The position numbers were made by a program, and so were the translations under genes. A stretch of DNA of 24,000 nt from Dehalococcoidia bacterium (GTDB lineage Bacteria; Chloroflexota; Dehalococcoidia; JACVQG01; JAZFUS01): contig JAZFUS010000126.1 in the NCBI GenBank assembly GCA_036447315.1, positions 1,950-25,949 of the forward strand. Direction: 5' to 3'. The notes below the pieces were generated by a model that did not search any database, was not told the DNA's origin, and was given only the letters and a program-made list of their open reading frames with translations. The stretch's first letter is position 1. Each line of letters opens with the position of its first letter. Positions 21,251-24,000 of the stretch are shown here, piece after piece.

Positions 21251-23536
21251 TTACCGCCCCACCAGTTCGTTCAGAATGACCCAGGCTGCCTTTTTGTCCA
21301 GAGGCTGGTTATTGTTGCCGCATTTGGGCGACTGGATGCAGGAGGGGCAACCGTCCTCACAGGGACACTCTGAGACCAGGGCCAGGGTGGCCCGCCACAA
21401 CTCCTCGATGAGCTCATATCCCTTATCGGCTATGCCGATTCCCCCGGGATGGGCGTCGTAGATGAAGATCTGGGGCCGGCCGGTATCGGCATGGACCGGG
21501 GTTGATACTCCACCGATGTCGCTCCGGTCGCAGAGGGCAAAGAGAGGAAGCATACCGATAGCGGCATGCTCAGCGGCATGGAGGCCACCGGGAAAGTCCA
21601 GGCCCGCGGGGGAGAGCCTGGCTGTTATGTCCGGAGGCAGGTCGAACCAGAAGGCCCTGGTGGGAAAGACCTGAGCGGGGAGGTCCAGGGCCTCCTCCTC
21701 GATGACCTCTTCGGTGAACTGCATTTTCTTCTTGAAGCCAACGACCACGGTGCTCACCTCTACATCCCCCAGGTAGACCGTAACCCTCCCCACCCGCATG
21801 GAATCCGTAACACTCAGGACCCTGAGGTTGGTGAGGTCTTTGGCCTGGGTATAGTATGGGGCATCCGTGGCCACGGCGTAGGCGGTGCGGGAGGGGATGT
21901 CCAGCTCCTTGATGAGATAGGCTTCCCCCTGGTGCAGGTAGATGGCCCCGGGATGGATATGGAAGAAGGCCGTGGCCCCTTCCACCGTCTCCAGGATGCT
22001 CCCCAGGGAGGACTCAATGACCGCGTAGTTCCCCTGGGTCGTGGAGCGGATGTCTATATCCTGGGCAGGATATCTTATGGCGGGCGATAAGTATCTGCGG
22101 CCGCGCCTGTTTCTCAAGGCGCCCTCCTCCTCCAGCGCCAGAGCGGCATCTTTCCATCCGGGGCTGAAGAACTCTCTATCCCCCTCCCACAGGGGCATCT
22201 CCAGGGCCGCGCAAAGGAGATGGGGTTTCAGGATATGGGGGTTATCGGGGTTGATGAGGGCATGCTCGAAACCCTTCTTAAAGAAGGCATCGGGGTGGCG
22301 CATCAGGTACTGGTCCAGGGGGCTATCGACACCGACCAGAAAGCTCAAGGCCCCTTCCCTGCCCCGGCCACTTCGCCCCGCCTGCTGCCAGGCGCTGGCG
22401 ATGCTCCCCGGATAACCGGTGAGAACGGTTGCGTCCAGGTCACCGATATCCACTCCCAGCTCCAGGGCGTTGGTGGCTACAGCCCCCAGAAGGTCCCCAT
22501 GAAAGAGCTCCTGTTCAATCCGGCGCCTATCCTGGGGAAGATAGCCTGCCCGGTAGGGTTTGATGCGGCGGGCCAGGGCGGGGTCGATCTCAGCCAGTCT
22601 ATCGCGGGTATACATGTAGATGAGCTCGGTCAGTTTGCGGGTGCGGGCAAAGGCCAGGCTGCGGGTACCGGAGGCCAGGAGTTGCGTAAGGAGGAAGGAG
22701 GCCTCGGTATTGGCGCTGCCGCGGGCGTTCTTGGCCTCATCGAGAAAGGGTGGGTTCCAGAAAACAAAGTCCTTGGCCCCGTGAGGGGAACCGTCTCCGT
22801 CCACAACTTCGAACTCCAGACCCACCAACCTTCGGGCATGTTCACCCGGGTTAGCCAGGGTAGCCGAGGAGAGGATAAACTGCGGCCGGGAACCGTAGAG
22901 GGCACAAAGACGCCTGAGTCTTCTTAACACCTGAGATACTTGGGAGCCGAACACACCCCGGTAAGCGTGGGCCTCATCCACGACTACATACTTCAGTTTG
23001 CGAAAGAGCCTGGGCCAGGAGGCGTGATTTGGAAGTATGCCCAGGTGGAGCATGTCGGGGTTGGTGAGCACTATCCTGGCCAGCCTTTTGATATCGGCCC
23101 GGTCCGGCAGCGGGGTGTCACCATCGAAGGTAGCGATGTCCTGGGTCTTGAGGAGTTGGGGATGGGCCAGTTGCCTCAGCGCGCGCGCCTGGTCCTGGGC
23201 CAGGGCCTTGGTGGGGAAAAGGTAAAGGGCCCGGCTGGCCCTGTCCCCGAGGATGGCCTCCAGCACCGCCAGGTTGTACACCAGGGACTTACCGCTGGCG
23301 CTGGGGGTGGACATGATTACATCCCGCCCCCGGCGCAGGGCATCCAGGGCCAGGGCCTGATGGCTGTAGAGGGGTAGCAGGCCCGCGGACTCCAAGAGCG
23401 ATGAGAGCTTGGGGGGAAGGGGCCGTTCCAGGTCGCCATACCTGGCATTCCGGGGGAGAATGCCCTCAATGTGGACAATCTGGTCCCGGTAGTGTGAGTG
23501 GGCCCTTAGCTGGGCCAGGAAGGCAGAGGTGTCCAT
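21251..23536 (-). CDS. DEAD/DEAH-box helicase with a C-terminal DUF1998/MrfA zinc domain (YprA/MrfA/Hrq1-like)
   Basis: 761 aa. Motif I TPSASGKS, motif II VVVDEAH, motif III SSAT. The C-terminal domain has HAAEHAAIG and a four-Cys knot, CPCEDGCPSCIQSPKCGNNNQPLDK. Confidence 0.85.
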   Translation of the reverse strand: MDTSAFLAQLRAHSHYRDQIVHIEGILPRNARYGDLERPLPPKLSSLLESAGLLPLYSHQALALDALRRGRDVIMSTPSASGKSLVYNLAVLEAILGDRASRALYLFPTKALAQDQARALRQLAHPQLLKTQDIATFDGDTPLPDRADIKRLARIVLTNPDMLHLGILPNHASWPRLFRKLKYVVVDEAHAYRGVFGSQVSQVLRRLRRLCALYGSRPQFILSSATLANPGEHARRLVGLEFEVVDGDGSPHGAKDFVFWNPPFLDEAKNARGSANTEASFLLTQLLASGTRSLAFARTRKLTELIYMYTRDRLAEIDPALARRIKPYRAGYLPQDRRRIEQELFHGDLLGAVATNALELGVDIGDLDATVLTGYPGSIASAWQQAGRSGRGREGALSFLVGVDSPLDQYLMRHPDAFFKKGFEHALINPDNPHILKPHLLCAALEMPLWEGDREFFSPGWKDAALALEEEGALRNRRGRRYLSPAIRYPAQDIDIRSTTQGNYAVIESSLGSILETVEGATAFFHIHPGAIYLHQGEAYLIKELDIPSRTAYAVATDAPYYTQAKDLTNLRVLSVTDSMRVGRVTVYLGDVEVSTVVVGFKKKMQFTEEVIEEEALDLPAQVFPTRAFWFDLPPDITARLSPAGLDFPGGLHAAEHAAIGMLPLFALCDRSDIGGVSTPVHADTGRPQIFIYDAHPGGIGIADKGYELIEELWRATLALVSECPCEDGCPSCIQSPKCGNNNQPLDKKAAWVILNELVGR

Positions 23537-23554
23537 CTCTCTCTAGAACGTGCC

Positions 23555-23845
23555 CTATACGGGGATAATCTCGATTTCATAGTCAAGAATCTCTGCCTCA
23601 AACCGGCTCCAGGAGATGAAGTTGATGACTTGAGTGAGGGTATCATGGGCATGGCGGTTACTGTTGGAGACACAGGCTACGCCCAGGGTGGCCAATTGCC
23701 ACAACTCCTGATCGTCCACCTCGGCGATGGAGACGTTGAATTTGCTCCTTACCCGGCTGGTGATGGATTTTATCACCCGTCGCTTGCCCTTTAACGACTG
23801 ATTCTCGGGAAGACGCAGCTTGACCATGAGGGTACCAACATTCAT
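23555..23845 (-). CDS. DUF503 (YlxP-like) small protein
   Basis: 96 aa. MNVGTLMVKLRLPENQSLKGKRRVIKSI..R...KFNVSIAEVD..D.WQ...LGVA.VSN matches the DUF503 pattern as I recall it. Confidence 0.72.
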   Translation of the reverse strand: MNVGTLMVKLRLPENQSLKGKRRVIKSITSRVRSKFNVSIAEVDDQELWQLATLGVACVSNSNRHAHDTLTQVINFISWSRFEAEILDYEIEIIPV

Positions 23846-23918
23846 AGCACATAGAGGTTAATGGTCTGAAAATATATCCGCGCTACCTTAACCCCTCGGT
23901 CCATGCCCGTTACGGGGG

Positions 23919-24000
23919 TTATTGGTTGCTTTTAATCTTGGCGTAACAATCGCTGCAATAGACCGGCCGGCCCTCCCTGGGCTCGAAGGGGACCTCGGTA
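23919..24000 (-). CDS. 3' end of a gene encoding a C-terminal zinc-binding motif (partial)
   Basis: My translation of the minus strand gives ...TEVPFEPREGRPVYCSDCYAKIKSNQ, then TAA at 23921-23919. Only 26 codons are visible. The F.P...RPVYC..C pattern recurs in small bacterial zinc-binding domains. Confidence 0.4.
   Translation of the reverse strand, partial: TEVPFEPREGRPVYCSDCYAKIKSNQ

Noticed and set aside
19558-23536. Reading the helicase plus yhhQ (preQ0 importer) as part of a 7-deazaguanine DNA-modification (Dpd-like) or DISARM-like defence island.
   Set aside because: There is no TGT/DpdA-like transglycosylase, methyltransferase, PLD nuclease or separate DUF1998 partner. The flanking genes are housekeeping, and I saw no obvious compositional break in this stretch.
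1-24000. Mobile elements, prophage remnants, rRNA/tRNA/tmRNA genes, toxin-antitoxin pairs.
   Set aside because: I saw no integrase, transposase or recombinase-like translations and no terminal inverted repeats. No intergenic gap except the 202-nt one holding the tandem repeat and the rpsO promoter exceeds about 150 nt, and none shows tRNA-like cloverleaf features.

Overview
GC-rich (by eye roughly 60% G+C), tightly packed bacterial chromosomal window. I can support 25 protein-coding genes, 2 of them cut by the window edges. I found no rRNA or tRNA, no CRISPR, and no transposase or integrase. Layout: (i) 1-3068: a family III CoA-transferase (minus, partial) diverges from a two-gene BcrC/BcrB (HgdB/HgdA)-type radical dehydratase/reductase core (plus), driven by back-to-back consensus sigma70-type promoters. 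(ii) 3065-16027: a 13-kb minus-strand run, rny - ymdB - PHP/TrpH-like - plsY - B-box membrane protein - fused DsrMK/HdrD-like Fe-S oxidoreductase - rpsO - pnp - dapB - asd - dapA - ThiF/MoeB. (iii) 16159-17367: a plus-strand endonuclease IV-like gene (apparently leaderless) and an orphan zinc-ribbon ORF. (iv) 17415-24000: a minus-strand run, Zn-motif gene (partial) - DUF503 - MrfA/YprA-type helicase - corA - yhhQ - class II PDE-like MBL hydrolase - Mut7-C RNase - enoyl-CoA hydratase. Most of this is ordinary housekeeping content, and I did not find a clear-cut new multi-gene system. The leads worth a second look are: (a) six perfect copies of a 12-bp tandem unit between a gene end and a strong rpsO promoter, in frame with the upstream gene past its TAG stop; (b) the CoA-transferase plus BcrCB/HgdAB-like pair with no ATPase activator in reach; (c) a cyclic-nucleotide-PDE-like hydrolase translationally coupled to a Mut7-C nuclease inside a functionally mixed operon; (d) TAG as the majority stop codon (14 of 24 visible gene ends). 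All protein family calls come from my reading of the supplied translations and motif recall. No database search was run. Several starts in the ORF track are over-extended (it takes the longest ATG/GTG/TTG ORF), and I re-set them from Shine-Dalgarno spacing and family N-termini.
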